This document shows, piece after piece, positions 1-14,500 of a stretch of 64,000 bases of DNA (its first letter is position 1; every line of letters begins with the position of its first letter). The translations under genes were made by a program, and so were the position numbers. The notes under the pieces were generated by a model. It worked only from the letters and a program-made list of their open reading frames with translations. It did no database searches and was not told where the DNA came from. This stretch comes from Veleropilina oligotropha (lineage: Eukaryota), in NCBI GenBank assembly GCA_048128005.1, contig JBEUKZ010000020.1, forward strand, positions 1-64,000, read 5' to 3'.

Positions 1-520
1 ATTTTCCCTAACAAATTCCAGGCAGCACGTGATTTTACTGACAAGACTTGATTTCCGAGGCGTCAACATATCTGCTCCGAAAAGACATAGACCGTTTCAC
101 CGAGGAAAATGAAAATTTATTAATACTAGTATACAAATTCGATTGCTTTTCTTGTTATGCCATTACTGATGAAAATCAGCATGCTGTTTATAAAGATATG
201 AATGCCAGGCAAAAAGCAGAAAAGTCACTTGGTAAAAAAAATTTATATGTGAATGTCAAAGATTTAATCTCTATATACGCACGCGTAAACACACCACGTG
301 AAACACATTCCTTTAAAATGGACGCTCCAGATACGCGCAAGCTAGAATGACGCTAGTAAAACGCACACGTCGGGTGTGAATGACTCTTTATAGTGTATTA
401 GCCAGAGGGCCAACAAAATAGAGTTGCTTTTTTAAGGGGGGGGGGGGGGGGGCAAATCGTCACATATATTTTCGGAAAGGTATAGGTGTATGCCCATATA
501 TATAATTTCATGCATGATAG

Positions 521-1680
521 CTGGGACTACTATTAGAGGGACTGGAAGCTCTGACCAATTAGCCGACTCGCCATCAATAATGTGGTACTCGCTATTGCTC
601 TCGTAATTACCGCACTGCGCATGTGCGTAGAGACTTTCGCGACTTTCGGCTTTGTGAAAATAATATTTAATCCCCAATTGGGATAAATGTGGTTGATTAT
701 AACGGCTTAATTCACAAAATATATAATAAACACGCCATTACATTAACAGTTACACATCAGACGATTGCGAATTTATTTTTTGGATTCGTTTTAATTTGGA
801 CAGCATTCAAACTAAAGAAACTGCATAATTATTAATTGAAAATGAAATGTAATGCAACCTATATTGAAATGGATCAATGTTAATCGCGGCTAGTTGCTAG
901 ATAAACTGATTGGCCAATTCAAAACGAAATCATTGCTTATGCATTTATCTTTTGTTACTGAATTGGAACCATTTAAATGACCCCAGCTACTTTTCTATTG
1001 ATTATCAAAACAAACGATTATCTTCAATAGAGACAATTATTTTAAACATAAAGCTATCCACTAATTGCTTTTAATACTGTTTTGCTTTGCATGTTGATAT
1101 AATGTATAAGCAGTCAGTATTTTGTCTGCGCAATAACAATGGGGACCACTTGAAGTTGGCATTGTAATGAAGTATTCTTGAAATGGACCACTATATCAGA
1201 TAGACATCGTTGATAAATAGACCATTTTAAGACGCAAATATATGAATTAAATCTTCGTTGTATTTCCCTGTACAATAGTCGAGTCGATGTAATCGAGTGT
1301 AAATTAGAAAAAGGTGAATATATTCAAACATAAAATGCAACAAATAAAGAAGAGAAACCATCACAAAATGAATATCAACGCTTGATAATATTCAAGAAAA
1401 TTGGTCAGTTTAAAATGCAAATATATCATAACACCTATCTCTACTTTTTTGACATAATTTTAACGATATAAGTACATTTACACAATCTACAATATATATA
1501 ATATCTATTTATATGTATACATATGTCTGACAAATAGTAGCGAATATTTTATATGGGATTCAATTTGCAGGTTGTTGCTTTGCTTATTAGATTTCAAGCG
1601 AACTATCGCATTTTAGCGCCGAGTACGTGATTTCAGCGAGATTTCTGAAGTAGCCAGTCCCTCTAGTATAGTAGTCCCAT
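521..1680. mobile_element. Non-autonomous TIR element (MITE)
   Basis: Imperfect TIRs ctgggactactattagagggactgg / ccagtccctctagtatagtagtcccat, flanked by direct repeat atgatag (514-520, 1681-1687); no ORF. Confidence 0.55.
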
Positions 1681-3057
1681 ATGATAGCAGTCTGGGTCGA
1701 GTAGCCGTCACTTGTTATAATTATAATTCAAAATATAGGGTGTGATCTTCATGCAAATTGCGGTATAAATAAATTGTTTTCAAAACAAATTTGTTACACT
1801 AAATATTTTTCATTGGTCGAATGGCCGTCTCGTCGAACATTTGGATGGAAAGTTTTGGTAGAATCCGTCTAATTACTTCGGCGAAGTGATTTCGTACCGA
1901 AATGTCCGTCATTCTGGTGATCACCACACAAAGAAAGATGGCCGTGATTACTTTTTGGGACGGTTAACGCGATTGATTATTGGTAAGAATTAAATGACAA
2001 GGCGGTATTGATCATAGTTGTTTCTTTTGTTAGAATGATTACATGATCATATCGTAGTGATTTCGTGTTTCTATGCGCTGTTCGTGACCGTTTGCTAGCG
2101 TTTTCAATATAATGCGTAGGTGTTTGAGCATTGTTCTGTAACGTCTAATACGTCCCAATGTCATTTCGGCCAATCTTAAAACTTACATACTGTCATTTCG
2201 GCACACCTTAAAACGTTAGTAGAAACTACCAAATGCTTTTCATAGTATTATGCAATATGTGGTTATGCTTACTCATAATTGGGTAGGTCGTTCAAGAATA
2301 TAGATAGGGTAATTAATTGAAATGTCCATTCCTGTTGCATTGTTGGATCATCAAGGCGAAATTATAAGAAAAGTTGCTCTTAGTTTGGTGTATATGGTAA
2401 ATTATAAATGTCTATGGTTATTGTAAAAGCGATCCATTCGTTAGCTTTGCCATTACTATTTATCCACCTGTCTCGGTGCTATAATTGCAATCTACAGGCA
2501 TCGATGGCGCTGGCCGCTAGCCTGAACTTGCTTTAACAAGTTTGCTGATTGTAAACGAAGAATGTTTTGAACCCGCTATATCGATAGAATTAATGGTTTG
2601 TTCTGTAATGTACTAATGTTATGATTTTTTTAACAACGTGTAGGTGCGCATAATACAAACAATAAAATATTACTATTGAATACTATTTGTACGTAATTTC
2701 ATTTTCTCTTGTAGGTTATTTGGAACGAATCGACTACTGAACGTTGGGAACAGTGTCTTGCAGACAAAGCATTTTGCTATTGAAACATGAAGATAAATTA
2801 TCGCATTTTCTTCAGAAACATGTAAATACGTATCGTTCAAATTACACCATATTTTATGTGCGGTGTGAGATAAAATAATGAACGACGCGAAGAGGCGCCA
2901 TCGTCATACGCGGACCGATGATCAAGATACTAGCAACCGTCTTCAATGTAGAGTGTGCACAAACAAATTTCGAATGCCAAGTCGGCTCCAATAGCACCCG
3001 AGCATGAGCACTGGTGGCTTGTGTGACAAGACATTTGCAGGTTAAAACCATCGTAAG

Positions 3058-4449
3058 GTGTACATGTTCGTTCATACAGGAAATATGCGACATATTTGCC
3101 TCGTGTGTAATCGGACATTTTCGCAAGCATTCCATCTGCAGAGCCACACGCTAGTCCATACTGGAGAGAAACCACATCAATGTACTGTGTGCAATCAGAC
3201 ATTTTCGCGAGCAGATCATCGGAAGAGACACACACAAAACCACACTGGGGAGAAACCGTATACATGTGGTAGGTGTAATCAGACATTTTCGCAAGCAACT
3301 CATCTGAAGGCGCACATACGAGTTCACACTGGGGAGAAACCGTATAAATGTGGTGTGTGCGATAAGACATTCTCGCATTCAACTACTCTGAAAAACCATA
3401 TGCTAGTCCATACTAAGGAGAAGCCACATAGATGCTTTGCATGCGATAAAACATTTTCACGCGCAGGTAATTTAAAGCAACACATACGAATCCATACTGG
3501 AGAAAAAACATATAAATGTGGTATGTGTAATCAGACATTTTCACTATCAGCTAATCTGAAGGCGCACATACGAGTTCACACTGGGGAGAAACCGTATAAA
3601 TGTGCTGTGTGCGATAGGACATTCTCGCATTCAAGTACTCTGAGGAACCATATGTTAGTCCATACTAAGGAGAAGTCACACCAATGCGCTCTTTGTGATG
3701 AAACTTTTTCACGCGCAGGTATTCTGAAACAGCATATGCGAATCCATACTGGGGAGAAACCATATAAATGTATTGAGTGTATGCAGACGTTTTCGAATGC
3801 GTCTAATCGGAAGAGGCACATGCTCATCCATTCCAAGTAGAAGCCACACCAATGCGTTGTGTGTGATAAAACATTTTCACTCGCAGGTACTTTAAAGGAG
3901 CACATACGAATCCATACTGGAGAAATAACATATAAATGTGGTATGTGTAATCAGACATTTTCGCATGCAGGTCATCTGAAGGTGCACATACGAGTTCACA
4001 CGGGGGAGAAACCGTATAAATGTGCTGTGTGCGATAGGACATTCTCGCATTCAAGTACTCTGAAGAACCACATGTTAGTCCATACTAAGGAGAAGCCACA
4101 CCAATGCGTTGTGTGTGATAAAACGTTTTCACGAGCAGGTACTCTGAAGGCGCACATTCGAATCCATACTGGGGAGAAACCTTATAAATGGATTGAGTGT
4201 ATGCAGACGTTTTCGAATGCGTCTAATCGGAAGACGCACATGCTCATCCATTCCAAGGAGAAGCCACACCAATGCGTTGTGTGTGATAAAACGTTTTCAC
4301 GAGCAGGTACTCTGAAGGCGCACATTCGAATCCATACTGGGGAGAAACCTTATAAATGTGTTGAGTGCATGCAGACGTTTTCGCAAGCATGTAATCTGAA
4401 GAAGCACATGCGAAGCCATACAGGGGAGAAACCGGATAAATGTGTTTAG
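3058..4449 (+). pseudogene. Tandem C2H2 zinc-finger array (~16 fingers, TGEKP linkers), probably disrupted
   Basis: Repeated CxxC...HxxxH with HTGEKPY linkers; ORFs 3058-3840 and 3859-4449 share a frame, split by TAG at 3838-3840. Degenerate fingers with stops lie upstream (TAA ~3043) and downstream (TAG 4447), and one finger has Cys->Trp. Confidence 0.85.
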
Positions 4450-6054
4450 TGCGTACAGACATTTTCGCGTGCATTTAGTTTGAAGCAACACATGTAAATT
4501 GATTCTAAAGAAAAGAAAGAAAAAATAATATGTTGAGCTTAATCAGACAGTTTACAAGAAGGTCAATAGACAATTTAGTTGCACATTATCCGAACACTGT
4601 GCAAAACGTGATTAATATTATACAAGACATATTTCATAGATAATAGGAAAGGGAAAGTTAAGTATATATTATAATACATTATGTCGTTTATTATGTCTCC
4701 CCACACTGTAAAAAATAGCGTTGTGATTTAACACGTTAATGCGTTAAACCACCAACGCGTCCGTTAAAACAGAAACACTTTGTGTTCTGGGTTTAACATT
4801 AGTGTGTTAAACTGCATTAACATTGCAGTTAATTCACATGCTACAGATATCTTCATATATAATTTCTTTAAGGTTGTTTGCTTGTATATAACTATTTACT
4901 GATTTAGCATATAATGCATATAATATCTTCATATATAAACGGGAGACGTAATTGAACACCCCTTGTTCTTTATTTTCATCATTTCTGATCTACCAGTTTC
5001 ATTTTTAAATAGAACTTACAATGAGTTATTTGTTGCTTTACGCCGTATCAGCAATATTTCACATATTCACGAATATTTCATTGATGACTAATGATATCTG
5101 TTTGTAAACGCTTAGTACAATTATATGATATAAAGAAGCAATATATTTCAACAACTATGCCCATGGAAGAATTAACAAATATGTCACCAGGTAACATACG
5201 AGTCTGTTCAAATTTCAATGTAAGGACAAAAAAAATTCAGAAAGAAAATGTAGGCTATAATTTTATAAATAATTTCATAATATGTACAATTGAAAATATT
5301 TCGATTTATATGAAAATATAGAGTAAGAGATGTTTAACTTAGTTCACGTGCAAGTGCGAGCATGATACGCACCACATCAGTGGCAAGTTCATTTTAATTG
5401 TCATAAAAAAAGCCTGACAGTACGGTACTACTAGTCTACTACCCCCACCCCTTTATCCCTTTATCCCTCCCGTTCGATCACTAAAACAACATAATCTGTT
5501 TCATTTTTAAGAAAATATGTTTAATAACAAACATACGTCCGTAATATGTCGTGCATGCAAAACACTCTTTTTCACGCGTATTTAGTACCAATTAACACCA
5601 ATGTTAATTACCGTAACTTTCACGTTAACACATGTGGTGTTAAACCCTTGTTTAGATTCTCGCGCCACAGACCCAACAACCAATCGGCTTGTCGTTTTCG
5701 GTGGACATTTTATATTTTTCAAAACGGTGCTTTCTCGTACAATTCAATTTCGTATCGGAAGACGTCATTGCTGTTTGCACTTTCTCTCTTATCAGTGGTA
5801 AGTATTTGGGAGTATTTTGTGTGTTTGTGTATTATAGAGTTTGGTTGTCAGATAATATAAAGGGATTGTTTCAACTCTTGCGTTTCTTCAGATTCGGTGC
5901 AGAAACTGTAAGAGGTGCAACGACAGTCAGACCACGAAACGATACATCATGATTCATGCGTTCAACGTTGTACTTCATTAATAAGTTCTAAGTTATTAGT
6001 TCTGGATTTTCATTAACATGTAGTTTATACGCAATATAATATTCAGGACAAAAT

Positions 6055-6932
6055 TATGGAATTCTATAGACGACAGCGCACTGTTTAATGCGTACTGTCT
6101 ACTATCAAGTATTAACAGCGCATGCGCAACACGCAAGTACATCCTATCGTCTGCTATATTTTGCGCGTATTTTCATTGCATATTATCCACAAACCTAGGT
6201 ACACGTTCACGTTCACTTTGCGAAAGTGGATTTCAAGGCCAGTGAGCTCGAAAAACGTGAAACAAGACTATCATAAATATCACTGATCTAATATCACTGA
6301 TCTAATGTCATTTTATATTTTTATACCATGCCGACGTTAAAATGACAATATATAAAGATCAAATATTAGTAGGCCCTACACTGCCACATTGACGATAATA
6401 TAATTATATACCTTATTATAGCGTAATAATATGATAGGGTACATGGACATATTTAAATGAATAGATGACCGTCGTTGCTTTGCGGAGGCGATACCTCGGG
6501 TCGATCTGCGAAAACCGAAATCGAGTAAAACGTGAACCTGTACGCGTAATTGGTTGTCAATGGATACCCAGCGAATTACCTCTTTCACGTTACAGGTACA
6601 CGTTCACGGAACATTTTCGAAAACTCCCTAATCTACCTTATGTAGGGCTAATGCAAACATTAAAATGTTTTGTTGGATAAGAACGAGATCAGAATGTTCT
6701 TACATTAAAGAGTATTTGTAGTTTCTAAATTGAAGAGATGTTAAGTTTATTTTGTTTCTTTGTGGGAAGTAATTATTTCTGAATATGAATCTATGGAATT
6801 ATGCAATGAAAATAAGCGCAAAATATAGCAGACGAGAGGATATACTTGCGTGTTACGCATGCGCTGTTAATACTTGACAGTAGACCGTACGCAGTATGCA
6901 GTAAAGTGTGCTGTCGTCTATAGAATTCCATA
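6055..6932. mobile_element. MITE with ~115-bp TIRs, TA ends
   Basis: tatggaattctatagacgacagc...tatattttgcgc is inverted as gcgcaaaatatagc...gtcgtctatagaattccata. Confidence 0.7.
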
Positions 6933-7068
6933 CAAAATAGTTTAAAATTAATAGTATAATATAAGCTAACCCCCTAGCACTAGTATCCTTATAAAATTTA
7001 TAAATTGTAGTGTTTATTAAAAGTATCGTACATTGGTGCAATGATTGGTTGGTCCCTGTCTTAATATG

Positions 7069-7666
7069 GTATCACGACGATTCGCCCCCAAACAAATTCG
7101 CACAGCCAATTCACCCCCACTCAATTCGCACTCATGTTCATACAAATTCGCCCCCATATACTAGTATATATATATATATATATATACTAATAACATACAT
7201 AATAATATATAATATACACATTTTCTACTATATACTAATAACTATACTACCAAATATTTATTAACATATACATTGCACAAGTTCAACATTCAACTGACGA
7301 ATGTGTGTGAGAGGTTCCACATTTAAAGAGTCGGGAGTCGGTATTTCAAAAGATCTATATTTTTTCTTAGTTCACAATTTATGAACATCATTCACCACCG
7401 GTGTAATCCTATTATATAAAGTGTTATATAATGCATAATATGATTATTACTGTAGACCTATATTATTGCAGTGAAAATGAAAGTAAAAATATAGTGATAA
7501 AATGATTAATAATTCCGAAATTATATAAAACAGATTGAATATGATGTTAATGAAATTATTTGTAAATGCTATATTCACGCTTTTTCTGATTCATGAACAT
7601 TACAACGACAGCTTGAATAATAATAAATATTGTCCAATAATTAAGAAAAAAACTTATACTTTATAT

Positions 7667-7700
<34 letters not shown>

Positions 7701-7861
7701 CATTTGGCTGGGAGCGAATTTGTATTTGATTGGGAGCGAATTTGCATTTGATTGCATGTGAATTTGGATTTGGGTGCAAATTGTCATCGTATAAAATGTT
7801 TATGGGGGCGAATTGTCGAAATCTAGGTGCAAATTAATTGGGGGCGAATCGTCTGACATTC
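7069..7861. mobile_element. Mutator-like MITE
   Basis: TIRs gtatcacgacgattcgccccc / gggggcgaatcgtctgacattc; 9-bp TSD cttaatatg (right copy interrupted by the SINE that follows). Confidence 0.6.
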
Positions 7862-7868
7862 CTTAATA

Positions 7869-8091
7869 GCGGCATCGGTGGGTTGGTGGTTAGCGCGTTA
7901 GACTCTCAACCGAAGCTGTTAGTTTGTCCCGGGTTCGAGACCAGCGGCGGTCCATTCTACCGCTTAAAATAATAGAAGGCATATCCCTAATATATGTCGG
8001 TCAGATCGGAGTCAGACCTTAAACCGGGTGTCCCGACTACGATACACCTGAAAAATTGCTAAAAGTGGTCGTAAAACAATGTTGCCAACCA
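7869..8091 (+). mobile_element. tRNA-derived SINE
   Basis: A-box-like tggtggttagcg, B-box ggttcgagacc, 13-bp TSD acattccttaata (7856-7868, 8092-8104). Confidence 0.75.
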
Positions 8092-8966
8092 ACATTCCTT
8101 AATATGGCATGAAGTACAGCAATATGATTCCAGTCTGTACTAAAGGACGATAATTTTAAATTTCTTTAGTGTGATGTCTGTATCTTTGGATCATTTTAAT
8201 CAGCCTATAGTCATTATAACTGAGATTTATGCAAGGCAGGTGAGGAATTTAAAGTTATAGATTTGTAATATTATGGACAGAATCCAAAGTTCGCAAGTTA
8301 GAATTGCATAATGAATTTTTAAAACACAGGCCACAGTAGCTATTTCGTGATAAGAATACAGATTACAAGATTGACCAAATGAGTAAGTGAAATTCATATG
8401 GTCGAAGTGGTAATCAGGATAAATTAGATAATCTATTCTGCCTCAACCTCTAGAAAAATGTGATAGGATTGGATATTTCCAGGCAATGATTGCATAAAGT
8501 ACCACTTCTGATTTTCGCAACATCATGATTCATCACACACTATTCTTTGTACTGATATGCTGTGGTAGGTATTATTATTGTTATCCAAAAGGTATTGCAT
8601 TTAACAGGAGTAATTGATTTTAATTCATGATTTACCCATGTGCATCTGTGTAATCAATACTAGTATTGACTAAGTTTTTGTTTTCCTGATTGCAGGTTAC
8701 ATATTTATTCTGTGGCAACCAGACTATCGACAGCAAGGCATATGCTGCTTTTTGTATTTATAACTTAATTAAACTTTATAATATTTTTCAGTTATAGTAC
8801 CACCAGTTAAATAAAGAATGTCTATAATCCGTACTATAAAATGTATATTTCCAAAACATGGATATGGTCCTTATGTTGCTGGTGGTGCTAATGGTATGTG
8901 TTCTATGCAAACAAGACAGAACAACAAAATTTTGTCACCACTTTATCAAAAAGATAATTGAACAAA

Positions 8967-11405
8967 ATGGAATATAAATGTACGATGTGCGTGTATGTCA
9001 CCAAGCAGCATAGTGATTTCTGCAGTCATATAGTTAGAGTTCACAAAAATGATCCACGTTTTATAGTATTTTGTCAGGTTGGAAAATGTGCTTTTAGTAC
9101 AAAACGCTGGAATAGCTACAAATGTCATATTAGCAAAAAACACAGATCTATTTGATTGGAAGATTTGGCAAATTACATCCTCGAGCAAAACAATGATGAT
9201 AGCCGAAGCGACACTGAAGAAAATATTTTACCTGAACCAAGTCGATTATGTGCAGCATACCTACTGTCTCAAGAAACAAATCATGCGCTGTCACAGACTG
9301 CCATAAGCTCTGTAGCTGAAAACACGGCTGAATTAATTAGACAGCATATAAATTTGTATAAAAAAAAGGTACAAGATCAAATACAAAATAGAGGTTGTCA
9401 GGACATTGATGATATTTTGTGCAATACTGTAATTGAAAGCTCACTTGATCATCTTCTTACCGAACATAAACGTGTCAGTTTTTATGAATCCGAATTCAAG
9501 ATGATTTTGCCACAATCAGTTTTGTTAGGTCACCATTTGAAGAGCTCGAGGGGTCATGCAAGTAGGGTTAAGGATTTTGGTTATATAGTGCCTTTTGATG
9601 AACTTATCAAGTGTTTACATTGCCTTCCAGAATTCTTGTACTGGATTGAACATGATCATAAAAGCAAAGGGCAATTCATGAGAGACATATGTGATGGTGA
9701 CTATGTTCGCAAACATCCTTTGTTTTCCAAAAATATACATGCTTTGCAAATTGTTTTCTACACTGATGAATTGGAAATAGTCAATCCCCTGGGCACTCAT
9801 GTCAAAAAGCACAAAATTACTCTTTTCTATGCCACATTTGCCAATATTCCACCAGAATACCGTTCTAGGTTACAAACAATATTTCTTGTTGCTATAGCAA
9901 AATCTATATACATAAAACGTCATGGCCTTGCAAAACTGTTAGAAAACTTCATTCAAACAGTTACTGCTATGTCATCAGGTGGCTTGCCAATTTCTGTTAG
10001 TGGGATAGATTACAATGTAGAAGGTGCTGTTGTGATTATATCTGCAGACACACCAGCAGCAAACAACCTTGGTGGGTTCAAAGAAGGTGTGGGATTTGCT
10101 TATAAGAAATGTCGCACTTGCTTAATCTCAAGCCAAGCCATAAGTCGACAGTTCAGGGATGAATCTCACACTTTGAGAACAATGGCTCATTACACATAAT
10201 GTTGCAGTGTTCTTGAAAGTGACATATCAAAGGAAGCAAAAGCATATTGGAGCAAACTATGGGGAATTAATGGTAGAAGTTGTCTCTCTGAACTTGTTGA
10301 CTTTGACATGATTACTTGTCTGGTGCATGATCCTATGCATATACTGTTAGAGGGTGTTGTTCCATATGAACTTGCTCTCCTTTTGACTCATTGCATTGAT
10401 ATTGAGAAGTACTTTGCATTGCCATGGTTGAATGCACAGATTTTGTCATTTCCTTATTCCCGTCGTGCAGAAAGCACAAAACCAGAACCAATTCAAAGAA
10501 AACACTATTTTGTTGATATAAATATCAAGCAAACAGCAGCAGCAATGCTAACTTTGATAAACATTTTACCAGTGATTTTGGGACCCAAAATTCCAAAAGA
10601 GAACATGAAGTGGAATACCTTTCTTAAACTTGTTCAGATAACACAAATGACCATCAATCCATGTATTTCCATGGAAACTACTGAGGACTTGAGAAATCTA
10701 ATAGAAAGTCACCATACCAGTTTCATAATAGAATATCCAAAAGCTGGAATTCGTCCCAAAATGCATTTCATGTGCCACTTTCCCAAGCAAATTAAAACAT
10801 TTGGTCCAGGAAGATACCAATGGTGCATGAGATTTGAAGGAAAACATGCTTTCTTCAAAAACAAAAAGTGGAGGTGTTTCAAGAACTTGCCTTTAAGCAT
10901 GGCCAAATTTCATCAGAAATGGTTATGTATGCAAATGATTACGAGTGCAGGAGAATTTACTGAAAATTTCCTTTATTCGGGGGATGAAGTCAAAGACGGA
11001 AAGGAAATATTTATTGACAATATGAATCCGATACATATTGAGTGTGTAAAGCAAAGATTTCCTGACTTGAATTCAATATTCATCACAAAACAAATGAAAG
11101 TCCATGGATGCCATTTTCAAGAAGGTTGCATTTTGATCAAGTCCTATGATGAAAGTCATATCCCAAATTTTATTTATGTTGTAAATATATTGATCAATGG
11201 TCAAGAGAAGTACTTCCTCGCACAACAAACACGGATTATCAGCTTTGATAGCCATACGCTGTCTTACCAACTTGAATTTGGTCAAGAGTTTAGTGTTGTG
11301 AATTATCATGAACTTTTCATTACATTTCCACTAGACATGCATTTTATGCATGATAAAGTTTGTGTGATCAACAAATATGCTTACATTTCTATGGATTTAC
11401 AGTAA
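8967..11405 (+). pseudogene. EnSpm/CACTA DDE transposase with two in-frame stops
   Basis: ORFs 8958-9155, 9156-10199 and 10308-11405 share one frame, broken by TGA 9153-9155 and TAA 10197-10199. N-terminal C2H2-like fingers; motifs DICDG, TDELE..NPLG, ADTPA, CRTC, HDPMHILLEG, PKMH..HFP..GP..WCMRFEGKH. Confidence 0.88.
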
Positions 11406-11532
11406 TTTATCAGTCTTGTTTGCATATATACACATACCAAATTGATGCATGAATCTGATGAGTGATGTAGTCTGTACAAACTACAACATTACTGGGTTGT
11501 TACTAAATAATAGTTAACACATTTAGCAGATT

Positions 11533-14500
11533 ATGCCTTTGCTGAAAGTCTGGGATGTCCAGAGGGTGCACAAGAAGTACATTGTGATGCCTGAGCTGTG
11601 TCTTAGTCTGTTGAAGGAAAAAGGTAAATTGTTTTTTCATTTACAATGCACCACTTTTTATGTATTTATTGTAAGCTTGAAAATGACAATTAGGCAAAGC
11701 TTGTTGATTCAGAAATAATTTTTGAATGTAAAAACAATGAGAATAAAAATAATCACGTCCTGCAAAACACAGAACACTCAGTCACTGAATGGTGCATTTT
11801 GTAGAAATCCATTCAAGCCTTGCAAACTGTTTAACAGAACGTATTGTCTTTCGATGAAGTTGATACGCACATTGACATCTCAGTAAGAGCATTTGCAAAA
11901 TTAGACCGTACTGGCAACGGTGAAGGGTACAGTGAAAGTAACTGTATGGTCTAGTGTTCCATCAAGAGATGTTTGGGTTTTAAATCTGGGAAAATGATTT
12001 TCCTATTTTATGATGTGGTTTTATTATTATTGTTTTATTGTGTCTTGACATCATCAAATGGTCCGTTCGTATACATATATATATATATACAATAATTATG
12101 TGAGGTAACATTTTATATTTCGTCAGTTACGCACTGTATATGAATGCTGAATTTTATACGACATTAATTAATTTAAAATTATATTTTGAAACTAAAATAC
12201 TGCCATAAATGAATATGTAACATTGCTTGTTCATGACTCAATTATAATATGTTAGGATATACACACGCAGAAGCGTCTCTGAATGTTGTGTTAGTTACGG
12301 TGGAATTGACCTATATTATATAAATATTCGTTGATTATTTTGAAAACTATAGGCTCAATTTTCCCCAAAATCGGTATTGTAGGTCGTGTTTATAACCTTC
12401 ATGCTATTTTTTCATAAAATATGTTCATAATTGGCACTTTACGCGTAATAACTAAAGAAAATAAGCTAAATGTATACATGTCCTTAAATAGACTTAAATA
12501 GAATTTGTTTGGGTTTAGAAAGTGCATTTCTGCAACTCATATAAAAACCCATTTTGGTAGCTCGGTCATCTATAGCCTTCCCTGTCTCTTAAAGTGCTCA
12601 TCCAAACGATTTTTAAATTGATTTACTGATGTGGACTCCACCACCTTGACAGGAAGGGCATTCCACTCATCTACAACTCGGTTTGAGAAAAAGTATTTTC
12701 TAACATCTAGCCTGACCCTCTTTTTGTAAATCTTGAACTTATTCCCCCTTGTTTTATTATGGTTCAACTGGAAAAAATAACTAATATCAAGATTGTCTTT
12801 TCCTGTAAACATTTTAAATACTTGAATCATGTCACCTCTTATCCTACGCAACGTTAATGTTGTAAGATCAAGGCTTTTGAGCCTATCCTCATATGTCAAC
12901 TCTCTGATTTCACCTACCAATTTTGTGGCTCTCCTTTGTACTTGTTCCAATAGTTGGATATCCTTTGAGAGGTATGGATTCCATGCTTGCACCGCATATT
13001 CTAAATGTGGTCTAACCAGTTGCTTGTATAAACGTGTTATGATGCCTTTTGACTTAAAAGTAAAATTACGCTTTATCATTCCTAATATTTGGTTTCCCTT
13101 TTTAGCTGCTTCGATACATTGATTTGATGGTTTCAGTGAATTATCAATCCATACACCCAAATCTTTCTCTTTTGTCACTACTTCTAGGTCATCTCCTCCC
13201 ATTTTATAACAATATTTTTTGTTTTTGTGACCCACATGCATTACCTTACACATGGTTGTATTGAAAAGCATTTGCCAGTCATCGGACCACTTAACCAGAT
13301 TATTTAGATCGGTCTGAAGTTTCCTTGCATCTTGTTCAGTTTCTATTATTCTGTAAAGTTTAGTGTCGTCAGCAAACTTTTTCACTAGAGATGTAATAGC
13401 GCCATCAATGTCATTCAAGTAGATTAGAAATAGCAATGGACCCAAGACCGAGCCTTGAGGGACTCCACTTAATACACTCTCCCACTTTGACTTAACCCCA
13501 TTTACAACAACTCTCTGTTTTCTATTCTGTAACCACATTTCTATCCACGTCAATATTGGTCCTTTAATACCATGATTACTCAATTTTTGTATTAGTCGTT
13601 TATGTGGAACCTTATCAAATGCTTTTTGAAAATCAAGATATATAATATCAACCGGCTTGCCATGATCTATTGCATTTGTAACATCCTCTAAGAATTCAAG
13701 AAGATTTGTTAAACATGATCGTTTCTCCATAAATCCATGCTGACTGGTGTTTAACAAGCTATATTTGTTCAAATGGTCTAATATAACATCCTTTAAAATA
13801 GATTCCATCATTTTGCCTACTATTGATGTTAGACTAACAGGTCGATAATTTTGTGCACTAGAGCGACTTCCCTTTTTAAATATAGGAGTTATATTACCAA
13901 TTTTCCAATCATCTGGCAATCTCCCTTCGCTAAGTGATTTGCTGAATATATTTGCTATTGGCTTCAACAATTCATGCTTTCCGACTTTTAAAAACTTGGA
14001 ATATATACTATCAGGGCCAGGGGCTTTGTTTATCTTTAAGAGGTCTATCTTTTTTTCAATCAGTGCAGGAGTAATTTCAACCGATTCACAAAAGTTACCA
14101 ATGTCTTTAAAAATATCTTTTATTGGGGGCATATTCGCGGTATCCTCCAATGTATACACGGATGCAAAGTAGTTATTCAAAGATTCTGATATTTCCGCAT
14201 CATCAGTCATTATATTACCCTTTTCATCTTTCAATGGACCTACGACATCTTTTGTTTTTTGTTTTGACCTTACATATGCATAAAATGATTTTGGATTTTC
14301 CTTGACATTTTTTGCTAAATTTTCTTCAAACATTTTCTTTGCTGCACGGATTTCTTTTTTACATAATTTCTCACACTCCTTATAATTTTCATGATCTTTG
14401 GTTTCTTTTGACTCCCTGTAACGTCTCCAACGTTTATATTTTCTTCTTACAGATTTCTTTACCTTTCTCGTTAACCAGGGGGGTGAATTATTTTTGCGTC

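Noticed and set aside
3838..10199. Stop-codon readthrough or alternative genetic code to explain in-frame stops in the ZNF and transposase ORFs
   Set aside because: Stops are of all three types (TAG, TGA, TAA) and other genes end normally; ordinary pseudogenisation is simpler.
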